60,455 nucleotides of DNA from NCBI RefSeq assembly GCF_006345805.1, contig NW_021832574.1, forward strand, positions 1 through 60,455, in the 5' to 3' direction. The DNA comes from Octopus sinensis (Eukaryota). Position 1 is the stretch's first letter. Each line of letters starts with the position of its first letter. The translations under genes and the position numbers were made by a program. The notes below the pieces were generated by a model. The model was not told the origin of the DNA and searched no databases. It saw nothing but the letters and a program-made list of their open reading frames with translations. Below, piece by piece: positions 25,405 to 38,876 of the stretch.

Positions 25405-25712
25405 ATCAAAACTCCCATAAGCCCAGGCAATCTCTCAAGTCCGCCATAACCAGCACTATGTTCAATATTGATAAAGACTATCTGATTCGGGTATGTCAAC
25501 GCTTCGGACCCGCATTGAAGTAGTCATTAATGCCAATAGGATTCATTGAATAGGTGTGATAAAAGTTTTCTTAACTTTATTTGTACCAATTTGTTTTGAA
25601 ATGCAGCTTTCTTTAATCAACTACGTATCCTTTTACTAAATTTAATTTATGCAAATGACCTCTAAAGATAAAAAACAAAACAAAAAATACGGACGTTTCC
25701 TGTGTATCTTAT
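24590..25712 (+). mobile_element. Decayed DD37D (maT-type) Tc1/mariner element, interrupted by a SINE
   Basis: FSDENNFDQDQK, TKFQATVMVLEVVSNDGDVMPP..QGLRVNA, VFQYDSVP, WPLSVSDSNPLDYYVWGVVERE; element ends uncertain. Confidence 0.8.
25016..25220 (-). mobile_element. SINE family B with a 13-bp TSD
   Basis: ATGACTCTGTACC at 25003-25015 and 25221-25233. Confidence 0.88.
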
Positions 25713-25735
25713 ATCGTATGAATATATATATATAT

Positions 25736-25782
<47 letters not shown>

Positions 25783-26146
25783 ATATATATATGCATGTAT
25801 ATATGATGTATGTAAATGTCCAGACATAATGTATGCGTATTGGGACATAGATCTGTCTACACAAAATAACCCACTCCAACACCAACACACATACGAACAG
25901 ACACAGATAATCCCATAACTGATAATATGTGTACATAAAAACAATTCTTCAGTAAGATATATAGATTGCAGCCAAGCAGCCTTATCAGATAACACATGCT
26001 AACTTTAACTTTTTCACACACATTGACCTGCGTATTCAGTTTAAGATGTTGTGAATCTAATGGCTTCCTTCAAGGACATTTTAGGTCATGCCTGTTGAAG
26101 TAGCTATATGTGGAAAATGAACATTTGTTTATACATACATACAAAC

Positions 26147-26185
<39 letters not shown>

Positions 26186-26211
26186 TGTATGTATGTATGT
26201 ATGTATGTATG

Positions 26212-26242
<31 letters not shown>

Positions 26243-26291
26243 CTCTTTAACTAGTTTCAACTCGAAAGCTGTCATGTTGTAGCACCACGTT

Positions 26292-26340
<49 letters not shown>

Positions 26341-26559
26341 TATATATTGGCCAGCCCGGGGTTATAATACAAGACACTTGTCTAACAACCGCGCAGTGGG
26401 ACTGAACCTGATAAAACACGAGGTAGCAAAGCGAGCTTCTTAGCCGCTCAGTCATGCCTGCACCGATGTACGTATGTATGTATGTATGTATGTATGTATG
26501 TATGTATGTATGTATGTATGTATGTGTATATATGCATACATACACATATATAAATTTAT

Positions 26560-26730
26560 AGAAGAACAAAAGATGAATACAGGTGTAGGAACAACTAGCA
26601 GTTGTATTAGTTAACGTTTCGAGCCTACTCTCTTCGACAGAAAGGAAAAAAATGGGGAGAGAATGAAAAAAAACACGGAGAGAGAAAAACTCTGTAGAGT
26701 TCAGCGGTTCAACATGGCAAGATAAATGGA
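26560..26730 (-). mobile_element. Dispersed repeat H1 copy (hammerhead-like motif 26608-26645)
   Basis: CCTTT-CTGTCGAAGA-GAG tagg CTC-GAAAC-GTT; shares the CAACATGGC segment with the 6597-6820 copy. Confidence 0.55.
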
Positions 26731-27021
26731 AAAAAGAGGTTGAATAGAAGGGAGATAATAGTGGCGATCCCAATGAACTAAGGTGCGCAAGCGTTTGTGT
26801 ATATATGAGAATGGTGTGTGTGAGTGTGTGTGTATGTGTGAGTGGGGGCGAGTGAGTCTAACCTCGTTATTTGTACACATTGAAAAATATACATACATAC
26901 ATAAATATATATTTTTATTTATTTTTATTTTATTTTATCTAGTTTCAGCTCACGAGCTTGGCCATGCTGGGACACCGCCATTTGGTGTTGCTACATGATT
27001 TTACTTCACGAATGCTTTTTA

Positions 27022-27088
<67 letters not shown>

Positions 27089-27147
27089 GATATTAGATAT
27101 ATATATATTAATATATATACATATATATATATACAATATATATATAT

Positions 27148-27300
27148 ACTTTATTTATATATGAACGGCACGGGAAACTCAGAGTAACAGGTTTTGTTGA
27201 ATTTTCTGCTGCTTTAAATAAAGCATATTACTCTACCACTGGTATTGAGTACTCTTTTTTTCCACCTTGTTTACATTTATGTGTTTACTCGGTATTATAT
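27148..27300 (+). mobile_element. Dispersed repeat H2 copy with the hammerhead 5' half deleted
   Basis: GA-ACGGCACGG-GAAAC-TCAGA-GTA-ACAG plus ~110 bp shared with 55625-55775; flanked by (TA)n. Confidence 0.65.
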
Positions 27301-28365
27301 ATATATATATATAATATATTATATATAGATATATATATATATATTGCAATCTACAGTATTGATTACTAAGCGTTGTATCAATAAGTGGATAAATATATTG
27401 ACACCAGGATTGATGATTGCGTTGTATTTTTTAAGGAATATGCGAAGTGAAATAAGACATGAAAAACGTATGAATGGTTAAGCTGATGGTATTTTCTCTT
27501 GGTTTCATCATGTTGGATATGTATATGGTTTAGTAGGTAGTTTTATATCGATTGCATTAGATGTATGTATGTTTACCGTAATATAAAGTGTGACGATTTT
27601 TATTGTGAAAAAACTTGTTTCCCACTACAGAGCAATTTAACGTTTACGTTCTTTTACATATATATATATACACACACGCGTACACTCTCATCACAGTTTT
27701 ACGAAATATGTCTATGTACCGCTGTTGTTTCAATTGATATGGTTTTATTTTTCCTTCACTGTAGGCTTTGTTTTTAGTGTCAGTGAACTTGCAACACACA
27801 CACATACACACGTACGCACATGAAATCAATCATGCAAACTACCCGTGCGTTAAATTTAATTACAGATCAAATAAGTGGAAAAACCTACATCAACCTCATA
27901 ATCAAATAACGTACAGTGCAACACTGCGGGTATAGCAATCAGAGCAGTTGGCATCGAAATAAGAAATAATCTAGAAAACTTGAAACAGATCTTGAAAAGA
28001 AACAAAAGAAATCAACAGAAGATAGATAGCAATAAAAAATATATATAACTAGGAATAAGTGAAAGCGAGAAAAAAATAATCAAGATATCCTACAAAGAAA
28101 GCAAACCTTTATAGGAAGCATAAAATTGTAGACGAACTGAGCCTTAAGATAATTCGTTCTAATTCTGGCTTGAGGACAGCATTTTTAAGGAGAGGGGTTT
28201 GTCGTTTATATCGACTCCAATGCTTAACTGGTAACTATTTTATCAATCCTGAAAGGGTGAAAAGCGAAGTCGACCTTGGTGGCATTTGAACTAACAGTAT
28301 TTGTTATTTGGTGTTAAACTTTTCCTTACACGGACTGCAACCTGGTCGCTTACAAGTTCACACAG

Positions 28366-28802
28366 TACTCTTTTACTCTTTTACTTGTTTCAGTCATTTG
28401 ACTGCGGCCATGCTGGAGCACCGCCTTTAGTCGAGCAAATCGACCCCAGGACTTATTCTTTGTAAGCCCAGTACTTATTCTATCGGTCTCTATTGCCGAA
28501 CCGCTAAGTGACGGGGACGTAAACACACCAGCATCGGTTGTCAAGCAATGCTAGGGGGACAAACACACACACACAAACACACACACATACACACATACAC
28601 ACACACACACACACCATATATATACATATATATAGATATATACGACAGGCTTCTTTCAGTTTCCGTCTACCAAATCCACTCACAAGGCTTTGGTCGGCCC
28701 GGGGCTATAGCAGAAGACACTTGCCCAAGATGCCACGCAGTGGGACTGAACCCAGAACCATGTGGCTGGTTAGCAAGCTACTTACCACACAGCCACTCCT
28801 GC
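28366..28802 (-). mobile_element. SINE family A, full length
   Basis: Complete head and tail; very close to 858-1266. Confidence 0.92.
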
Positions 28803-28939
28803 AGTAGTGTAAAAATTAAGTGAAGTTAACAGTCTTTCTACGTTTTAAGTTTTTAAATAGCTAATATGCAATCGTAAATAAGAGAATGAAATAAAGTAGA
28901 TGATCCTCCAAGTATTAAAGATATATAAAGATTCTCGAA

Positions 28940-29680
28940 GAAAAGTATTATAAGTAGCAATCCCTCGTAAAATATAGGAAGTATGACAGAAACCGTGAGA
29001 TATTATAATGTGGGGCTGAAGAAGTGGAAGATATGATAGAACGGTGGAAAATATAACAAAAGCGATGAGAAGAAAAGGAAACGGAAATCACCTGGAGTAG
29101 GTGAAATCCAAAAGTTTTGAACAAAATTTCCGGAGTAAAAAGGGAGAAAAATAAGGAAAGAATAATTAAAAGAAACGAGGACAAGGAGAGAGAGGAGAAG
29201 AGACGAACAAGGAGAAAGTACAATGTGTAGTGAGAGAAGAAGAGAGAAGGAGAGAGGAGAGTAAGGGGAGAGGAGAGTAAGGGGAGAGGAGAGTAAGGGG
29301 AGAGGAGAGTAAGGGGAGAGGAGAGTAAGGACGGAGGAGAGTAAGGAGAGAGGAGAATAAGGAAAGGAATGAGTGAGGAGAGAAGAAAGAGTAAGGACAA
29401 AAGGGATAGTAAATAGTGAAGAGAGAAGTGAGGAGAGACAAGGTTAAGAAGAGAGAATAAGAAGAATAAGGAGAGAAAGGAGAAGAGAGAGAGAGAGAGA
29501 GAGAAGGAGAGAAAAAGTGAAACGAGAGCAAGGAGGAAAGGCGGAGAGAGGTGTAAGAAGAGAAAGAAAGACGAAGGGAGAGCAGACAGGACAATGATGA
29601 AAGAAAAGGAGAGAAGAGAGTAGAGAAAGAAAGAGAGACGAGAGCAAGGATAAAACGAGAAAGACAAGAGAAAGATGTCG
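28940..29680. repeat. Purine-rich GA low-complexity tract with a 16-bp minisatellite at 29255-29330
   Basis: Read directly; unit GAGAGTAAGGGGAGAG. Confidence 0.9.
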
Positions 29681-29838
29681 GTTCAGATGGATTGATCGAT
29701 TTTGTTTTAAGTTTAATTACTTTCTCAGGTATTAATCTTATTTCGTGATCTGGTTCATCACAACATCTACACACAACACATTCTTTTATCACCACACTAT
29801 ATACATACATTTATACATACATATATATATATATATAC

Positions 29839-29975
<137 letters not shown>

Positions 29976-30115
29976 AGATTACATGCGTGTGTGTAGTTTG
30001 GCTAGGTATATTATATATGCATATGTGTATTTGTGTGTGCGTGTATATATATATATATATACGTTTAAATATTTGTTGTGCAAGATTTTTTATGTGAAGT
30101 CGTGTGTTGAAACAG

Positions 30116-30448
30116 ATATTGTTATATTTCGGAATGGTCATATTGCCAGTTTAGCCATAAAAACACACGCACTATATATTTGGTGTTATTTTGCTTCAGT
30201 GATATTTATTTTTTTACATTAATCTTATCTTATTTCGGCCAGTTTCTTTCGTCACACTCCTTTGACCGCAAGTACGGGAAGAAAACAAAGGACCACTGAT
30301 GCGGTCACAGGAGTGTGACGAAAGAACTTTGGCCGAAATAAGATTAAGATTAATGTAAAAAATAAATATCACTGAAGCAAAATAACACCACATATATAGT
30401 GCGTGTGTTTTTATTGGCTAAACTGGCAATATGACCATTCCGAAATAT

Positions 30449-30456
<8 letters not shown>
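30116..30456. repeat. Inverted repeat with ~155-bp arms and a 29-bp spacer (foldback/MITE-like or inverted PLE ends)
   Basis: 30116-30270 is the reverse complement of 30300-30456 with only a handful of differences. Confidence 0.93.
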
Positions 30457-30510
<54 letters not shown>

Positions 30511-30582
30511 CATGCGTTGCATGCGTAGTACACACACGCAGACGTATATATAGATATGGAGATAATGTATGTTTGCGTGCGC

Positions 30583-30640
<58 letters not shown>

Positions 30641-31124
30641 CGTGTATATATATATATATATTCCTGAGCGCCATACTAATACAATTGTTTGTTTGTACTC
30701 CACCTGCCTTCGTCTTTTGTTTATTTTCATAAAGCTTCCCGTTATATATATATATGTATATACATACGTATATATACATACACACACACACACACATAAG
30801 TAAATGAAAAGGAAAAAAGAGAGAAAGAGGGGACAGCTGCGTGAGCAACAGAGGCTCGTGTGGAGACACACGCACAGAACCAGATATGAACGCATACATA
30901 TTAGTGCTACATTATCAGCTATTGGTGAACAACCGATGCCTCTAACCCACTGGCCATCCATTTAGCTGTTATACGCTAGCAAGATTCTATCAATTACTTT
31001 GTGATCCAATCAAAATCGTTTATTTTTGAAAATTGCCACATAGAATGATGCCAACTTCTTTTCCGCTTTCTGCTTCTTTAGTACAGTTGAAATAATCAGC
31101 AGAACATTGCTATCAACAATTATA

Positions 31125-31171
<47 letters not shown>

Positions 31172-31374
31172 TATATATATATACGTACATACATACATGC
31201 ATAAGTACATACATACATACATGTATGTATGTATGTATGTATGATATATATATATATATATATAACAATATACATAAATGTGTATGTATATGTATTTATA
31301 TATACAAATATATAAATATATATCTATACATACATGTCTTTTATATATATTTAGATATAGACAGATATGTATAT

Positions 31375-31420
<46 letters not shown>

Positions 31421-31639
31421 ATATACATATACATCTGCATATATATGCATATATATATATGTGTATGTGTATATATGTGTTTGTGTGTGTGCGCATATGT
31501 GTGTATGTGTGTTTGGAAACAAATAAACATATAGATAATGGAAGTACTAAATAAAATATTTACAAAAAGACACATTCACAGAAAATGAAATCGAAACATT
31601 TAGAAACAAAAACAATGCAACACCAATAATAAACAATAT

Positions 31640-31844
31640 CATCAAGAACAATAACGACGACAACATCAACAACAACAACAAAAACAACAACAATAAGAAC
31701 AACAACAACAACAACAACAACAACTGACTTCTTTATTATCCACTAAGGATTTACAAAAAGAACCAGGATTTCACTGGATGATACAATGCCAGGATTGCAT
31801 GTCAAGCAAATGATAGCAATAATAATATTAAAACGATGATGATG

Positions 31845-31902
<58 letters not shown>

Positions 31903-31934
31903 TGATAATAATAATAATAATAATAATAATGATG

Positions 31935-31968
<34 letters not shown>

Positions 31969-32063
31969 TGATAATAATAATGATAATAATAATAATAATA
32001 ATAATGATAATAATAATAATAATGATAATAATAATAATGATAATAATAATGATAATAATAATG

Positions 32064-32120
<57 letters not shown>

Positions 32121-32215
32121 GTAATAATAATAATGATAATAATAATAATAATAGTAATAATAATAATAATAATAATAATGATAATAATAATAATAGTAAC
32201 AATAATAATGATAAG
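31640..32215. repeat. (AAC)n (31640-31725) and (AAT/GAT)n (31835-32215) trinucleotide tracts
   Basis: Read directly; the second tract generates the poly-I and poly-L ORFs. Confidence 0.95.
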
Positions 32216-32567
32216 ATGAAAAAGAAGAAATTGAAGAGAGGTTTAAAAACGGCTTATGTCACAAAAATGGCCGTGTTTCTTCAACTCCATACGCGTTAAA
32301 ACGATGGGTTTAAAATGGCGTTATAAACAGATATTTTTGTTTCTTTTTCCTTTCCCTTCTCCTTTTTTCTTTTCAATATGTCGCACATTTTCTTTGGTAT
32401 TTATCTAAATTCATCTTCGTTGGATTTCAAGCCAGTTACTATGGAAAGAACAATGCTTCATTGTTCGAGTCAAAACAGTTTTCAGGCATTTGTACATATA
32501 TATGTGGGATTGCATAACAGAGAGATAATAACAGTAATAATACAACAGCAACAAGCAACAGTAGCAT

Positions 32568-32598
<31 letters not shown>

Positions 32599-33119
32599 AA
32601 TCCTTTCTACTATAGGTACAAGGGTCAAAACATTAGGGGAAGGGTTAGTCATCGATCTTCTTTAGGGGTTATTCCTGAAAGACTCTAGCGTTGAATCTAG
32701 AATCTTTATTTTACCGACTGAGTCTTATACTTTAAGCACTTCCCAGAGTATGAGTATTTAAGTTCTGATACTGACATACGATAAGCTGACAACATTACAG
32801 TCCATCGTAACAATATACATCAAACGCAATTCTCTGGCTTTATTCAAGAACTGAGACAGAGGGATAGGGAGAGAAAGATAAAAAATATATTGAAAAGAAA
32901 ATGTAATAATGAAAATATAGTATTTTTCTGCATGACTTATTAATACACAATGAAAGATCTTTATTGCTAATGATATTTAAAAAAATGTAGCTAGACTCCT
33001 ATGAGATAATCCAGTCCCAGATATGCAATATTCTAAGAGAAAGACGGGATGATTGTAGCTAGAAAAGATTTCAATCATATATTTGTTCAGTCAAAACCGG
33101 TCTAAGGCCTTGATTGAAG

Positions 33120-33575
33120 ATAATATTGGTCTCAAATTTTGGTACAAGGCAAGCAACTTCAGGGGAGGGATAAGTCGATTGCAACTAGTGCTTATTTTAT
33201 CAACCCTGAAAGGATGAAAGGCACAGTCGATCGGAGAAAGGCATAGTCGACCTCAGCGGAATTTGAGCTCAAGACGTAATGGTGGACGAATTGATGCTAA
33301 GCATTTTGTCTGACCTGCTAACGATTTTGCCAACGATTCTTTAATAAGAATATCATATTGGTTTCACATTTTAGTACAGATCCATCTATTTTGGGAGAAG
33401 GAGCAAGTCGATTATTTCGACCCCATTGTTCAACTGGTACTTATTTTACCGATCCCGAAAGGATGAAAGGTAAAGTGTATCTCGGCGGAATTTGAAGTCA
33501 GAACATAAAGAAGGACGAAATGCTGCTAAGCATTTTACCTGGCGTGCTAACGGTTCTGCCAGCTCACTGCCTTTA
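33120..33575 (-). mobile_element. Two SINE family B copies
   Basis: Same body and head complements as 35930-36235. Confidence 0.75.
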
Positions 33576-34552
33576 ACAAGAAAATAATACTAAAAACTAT
33601 AATGAACAAAGACAATCTGTTAATACGTATTTATTTTTAAACTTAAAACGCTGGTGGCAAAGTAATTTGAAGTCGAACTATAGATGGTGGGTGAAGATAA
33701 TTCTCTCAGATCTCTACGCATTGGCCTGAAAGTTAATTCTTAAATAAAGATAAAAATTTCTCAAATACATTTATCTGTTAAGACTGAAAGTTCTAAATAA
33801 CAATTTTATGAAATAAGAATTAAAATAAAAACTAATAGAAAAATTGAAATAAACAGTGTTGCTTTGAAAATGTATTTTCCTGAGATGTCATTTTACTTGG
33901 TATAGCATCTCACTTGGTTGCGATGTGATCTCGTTGGAGTTCAATTTGATAAGATGAAATTTTGTTATTTAGATCCTTAGATTGCTAAAGTGTTTAAATT
34001 TCCTCTGCTAGTATCATCGAGGTCAAACTTTTGCCATAATATACTCCGCTAATACCATCGAGGAAAAGCTCTTACAAAATACCAGTAAATGTCTTGATTG
34101 AGTAGAGCTTTGCTATCACTTCAAGACATTACTTGTCTTCCAAAAGTGCAACTGAAACATTTCTTAGATTCATTCGCCATTCTTGAACTGTTAAAACTAC
34201 CCCAATATAACTTGTGGTTGTTATCGGGTGCCTTTAACGAACATGATAATTCCAGCACTGACTCCTCGCCATGTTCGGGCCACGTAGAACTCTGACAAAC
34301 GGTAAGACTAATAATCTCGGACCAATTCCGATTAATATTGCTGAGGTATGTTCTATAAGCCGATAGCAGAATTTCATGACATAAGAATTCACGAAGCTGA
34401 TATTCTGGTGAGCAAATACTGCCATCTCATTACGTTCAGAACACCACGCTTCTGTTTTATTCCAATGGGCTATTATAACCAGTTGACACCTTTCAATGGT
34501 TACTGTATCCTTTTACTGGTCACTGCAACAACAACAAAAACAACAACAACAA

Positions 34553-34610
<58 letters not shown>

Positions 34611-34794
34611 AATAATAATAATAATAAAGAAGAAGAGCGCGCTGTTATTGGTAATGAATAGAGATTGGCTGTTTATGAATGTGAAAATGAAACGAATGAA
34701 CAATATATTGACACTCCGTGTGTCTTTTACAAGTTCAACATATCAAATGAAATTAAATTTAAAGATAGGAAACGCTGAACCATTCAAAATTGAA

Positions 34795-35925
34795 CCGGAA
34801 TAACTGCGTTTCTTTCCTAGTAAAACGACATCATCAGTCTTCGGTCTTTCACAAAAGGTAGCAGAAGGAAGGAAAGAAAGAAAAAAAAGAAAGAAAAGAA
34901 TTGTGGAAAAAAATTATTTAGTCAAAAGGTTTAGTATAAATATGGTGGAATTCACCTGCCATTTTATTAATTCCTCCAGCCTGAGTTCACAAATATATCT
35001 GTCCTCATGGGTTTTTAGGATTGGAAGTGCAGTAGAGTGAGGATATGTTTTGAGAACGTGCACCTTCAGGTCTTCCTCAAATTTACACCAGTTTGATGTG
35101 AAATGCTCCACAAGTTCCGTGGAACCACTGTTATTGTGTCTGACGTCGTTTCTATGTCCGTTAACTCTTTTTTGTAATAGTTCTCTTGTGCAACCAACAT
35201 AAATCATTTTGTTTGGTGCATTCCGCTGCATACACCAAACGGGAATTCTTATAGGCCGCTCCTTCTGTGTAAATCATAACATGTCTGTTATAATTCTTGA
35301 TGGATTGGTCTGACTCATGTTATAGCACAACGAACAGAACTTACCTCTTTTATGAATGTTTTTGGGGATGCAGCGTTCAGAAACTCCAATGGAGTTTTTT
35401 TTTATTAGAGGTACTGGTCAATATTTCTCTAATATTTCTATACGTCTGAAGGCTACAAAAGGCAGAAGATGAAATATTCGTCAGAAAGGAGGATATTTTT
35501 CTGAAATATGTTGGTAACTGTCATGCAACAATTTTGAAATGACAGCGAAACTTCGGTGTCTGTTAATCACTAAAAGAATTCGGCCATAAGCACTTTTCTG
35601 ACTGCTAAAATTAGGCGTGAAAGTTTGATTATCACTACTAATTTCAGCTATGTCATTCGCGATTTCATTTAATCTTGATTCACTATAACCGCGCTTTACA
35701 TAATGCATGTTTCCAGTAATCCCCAAATATATGCGCAAATCTGTCTTATCCTCAAAAATTGGGACTTCGGATTTGATCTGATTGTATGATGTGGATGACC
35801 AGAGGGCCGGTGGAGATAAATACGGGATGACATGGGTTTGCAAAATAATTCTGTGACTATTCGGCCTTCCGAAAACTTAACATTTGTGACCAAAAATTCA
35901 AATTTTGCAACAAGAGCAGCCATTT
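34795..35925 (-). mobile_element. Penelope-like element remnant (RT thumb plus GIY-YIG endonuclease)
   Basis: TELFCKPMSSRIYLHRPSGHPHHTIRSNPKSQFLRIRQIC (PLE RT thumb); KMIYVGCTRELLQKRVNGHRNDVR..LVEHF (GIY-YIG); decayed CTGATGA..GAAAC motif downstream. Confidence 0.85.
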
Positions 35926-35929
35926 TTGG

Positions 35930-36235
35930 ATAGAGGATTAAGCCGATTACATCGACCCCAGTGTTTCACTGGCCTTTAATTTATCAACCCCGAAAGGATG
36001 AAAGGCAAAATCGACCCACAAAGGGCTAAACACAGAGAGTACAAACAAGGACAGACAAACGGATTAAGTCGATTATATCGACCCCAGTGCGTAACTGGTA
36101 CTTATTTAATCGACCCCGAAAGGATGAAAGACAAAGTTGACCTCAGCAGAATTTGAACTCAGAACGTAGCGGCAGACGAAAAACCGCTAAGCATTTCGTC
36201 CAGCGCGCTAACGATTCTGCCAGCTCGCCGCCTTA
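35930..36235 (-). mobile_element. SINE family B
   Basis: Near-complete head AAGGCGGCGAGCTGGCAGAATCGTTAGC. Confidence 0.85.
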
Positions 36236-36256
36236 ATAATAATAATAATAATAATA

Positions 36257-36310
<54 letters not shown>

Positions 36311-36334
36311 CTAGTTTCATCACTAGTTTGTGGT

Positions 36335-36595
36335 GTATGTATGCTTACGTTGTGAAGGCTTACGGTTAGGGTATTCGGTTAACGGTCGTAAGATCGTAAG
36401 TTTGACTTCTGGCATTGCATTGTGTCCTTGAGCAAGACACTTTATTTCACATTGCTTCAGTGCACACAGCTAGCAATAACAAGTTGTACCTGTTATTCAC
36501 AGGGTCAGCCATGTCCCATTGTGTTTCATGCTGTAACTCTCTGAGAACTACGTTGAGGAATTCGCGTGTCTGTAAAGTGTTCGGCCACTTCCACA
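36335..36595 (+). mobile_element. SINE family C
   Basis: Matches 10755-10998. Confidence 0.75.
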
Positions 36596-36833
36596 CTAAT
36601 TTCACTCCCAGTAGAGTTCCAGCACACCGGACACCAACCCGGAATTTATGCTAATAGGGGCTATTGCTAGATAGTTGTTGAAATTAGACTAGGTTCATCC
36701 ATCCTTTTGACAGGCCTTGTTTTTAGTCCTGCTGGGTTTCTAAGAAGCCTCCCAACTAAGCAAGCTTAGTACTACAGGCTGTAATGGGTTCCATGCTTCC
36801 AGTAGCATACACGTCTAGGAAGAGAGTTCATCA

Positions 36834-36864
<31 letters not shown>

Positions 36865-37527
36865 TGTGTGTGTGTGTGTGTGTTGTGTGTGTGTGTGTGT
36901 GTGTTTGTGTGTGTGTGTGAGTGAGTGAACGTTAGGTTAGTTAAAATATGTTTCTGACATATTCTAACTTCTAAAGGTAAATTCACTGCAGTTACCATGC
37001 GGAAATAATCGCTCCTTGTAAAAAGTGTAAATATACCATATCCACCTAGTGCTTCCCTCTATCGGATTTCCAGATGTTTCTGACTCGTTAGCCATCCTCA
37101 ACGGAAAATAACGAAGTGACATAATCTTGGGTAGATTCAAAACCGTAGCTTTAACGAAAAGACAGTCAACATTAGTATACATACATACATACATACATAC
37201 ATACATACATACATACATACATACATAAATACATACATACATACAAAAATACATACATACATACATACATACATACATACATAAATACATACATACATAC
37301 ATACATACATGCATACATACAAAAATACATACATACATACATACATACATACATAAATACATACATACATACATACATAAATACATACATAAATACATAC
37401 ATACATACATACATACATACATACATACATAATACATACATACATACATACATACAATACATACATACATAAAAACATACATACATACATATATACAAAC
37501 ATACATACATACGTACATGCATACATA

Positions 37528-37830
37528 GAAATGCAAGAAAATAGCTACGCTGAGCTATTGGAAATCTACAGATACTCTATCCAGATTTCAAATTCAGGTT
37601 TATACCTGTAGTTTTTGGGGCACTGAGATATGTAACACACTGCCTAAGTATCAATCTTGAGAAATTAGGCTTCTGAAAACCAGAATGGAGAAAGCTGATT
37701 CAAAGACTACAGATCCAAGCCATCACTGGAACTGTAAAAATCTGTGTTTATCATTTAAACATATACGTTTGAACAAGTTTAGACATGCAACTATACGCGT
37801 GAGAATACATACATAAAACAAAACATACAA
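37528..37830 (+). mobile_element. 5'-truncated R4/Dong-like retroelement (RLE endonuclease C-terminus)
   Basis: With one frameshift: ENSYAELL-NLQILYPDFKFRFIPVVFGALRYVTHCLSINLEKLGF*KPEWRKLIQRLQIQAITGTVKIC, then 3' UTR; ACAT-type repeats on both flanks. Confidence 0.7.
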
Positions 37831-38120
37831 ATCTGCCCATATACATACAACCATACGTACATACATACATACATACATACATACATACATACATACATAC
37901 ATACATACATACATACCTATATATGCATGCATACATACATATATACATGCATATATACATGCAAACATATATACATGCATACATATATACATGCATGCAT
38001 ATATACGTACAAAATACATACATGCATGCATGTGTACATACAAGCATACATGCATACATGTATAGGTACATACATACGTACATACGTACATACATACGTA
38101 CATACCTATATATGCATGTA

Positions 38121-38876
38121 TCATCATGGCAATTCCTCAAGGTCGAGGATGATGGTCTTCGCGCAAATTTACTGTTGAGTCCGTAGGTGACCGATAAGAC
38201 CAATTCTTGCTTGAAAAGATCGGTCACAGTGCGGACATCTAGTGCCGGAAGGGAGAGTCGCACGTGGTTGTTGTTGGCGCTCCTTCCGTTGTCGTCTTTT
38301 CTCCTCCAGCTCTGCAGACCTTTTCGACTCGAAATTTGCCGTTCCCTCATGGATGGTGGTTTTCCAGAGTGGTCTGTTTTTTGCCGTTTCCTCCCAGTTG
38401 GTGAAGTCAATGTCACACTTTTTTAGGTTCGATTTCAGGGAGTCCTTGTAGCGCTTCTTCTGGCCTCCTTTTGTACGCTTGCCGTCTTTGAGTTGGGAGT
38501 AGAAGATCTGTTTGGGAAGTCGTTCGTCAGTCATTCTAACCACGTGGCCGCTCCATCTTAGTTGGCCTTTGATGACATAGGCTTCGATGCTGGTCATTTT
38601 TGCTTCTTGTAGCACGCTGACGTTAGTTCTTCTGTCTTCCCAGCTGATGTTGAGGATCTTCCGAAGACAGCGTTGGTGAAATTTCTCGAGCGTTTTCAGG
38701 TGGTGACTATACGGGGTCCAGGTTTCGGATGCGTAAAGGAGGGTTGGAATAATGACTGCCCTGTACACCATGAGTTTGAAATCCAACACCGTCTGAAGTG
38801 TGCAGGAACAGCTTTCGGCAAGCTTCGAACAAGAGTTTTTGCTGATCGGGACATCCGAACCGAAACCAAACTCATG
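38121..38876 (-). mobile_element. Young 5'-truncated, 5'-inverted RTE-clade LINE
   Basis: Stop-free minus ORF KLMVYRAVIIPTLLYASETWT..LRWSGHVVRM..CPHCDRSFQARIGLIGHLRTQQ* with an ATGATGA tail. The upstream codons EIQHRLKCAGTAFGKLRTRVFADRDIRTETKLM lie on the plus strand at 38778-38876. Confidence 0.92.

Noticed and set aside
28948-29810. S/L/F-rich ORFs; N-terminal KECVVCRCCDEPDH looks like a zinc finger
   Set aside because: Antisense of a GA tract; the Cys-rich part derives from TG-rich sequence and has no convincing splice sites.
31828-32219. Poly-L and poly-I ORFs resembling membrane proteins
   Set aside because: Translations of (AAT)n.
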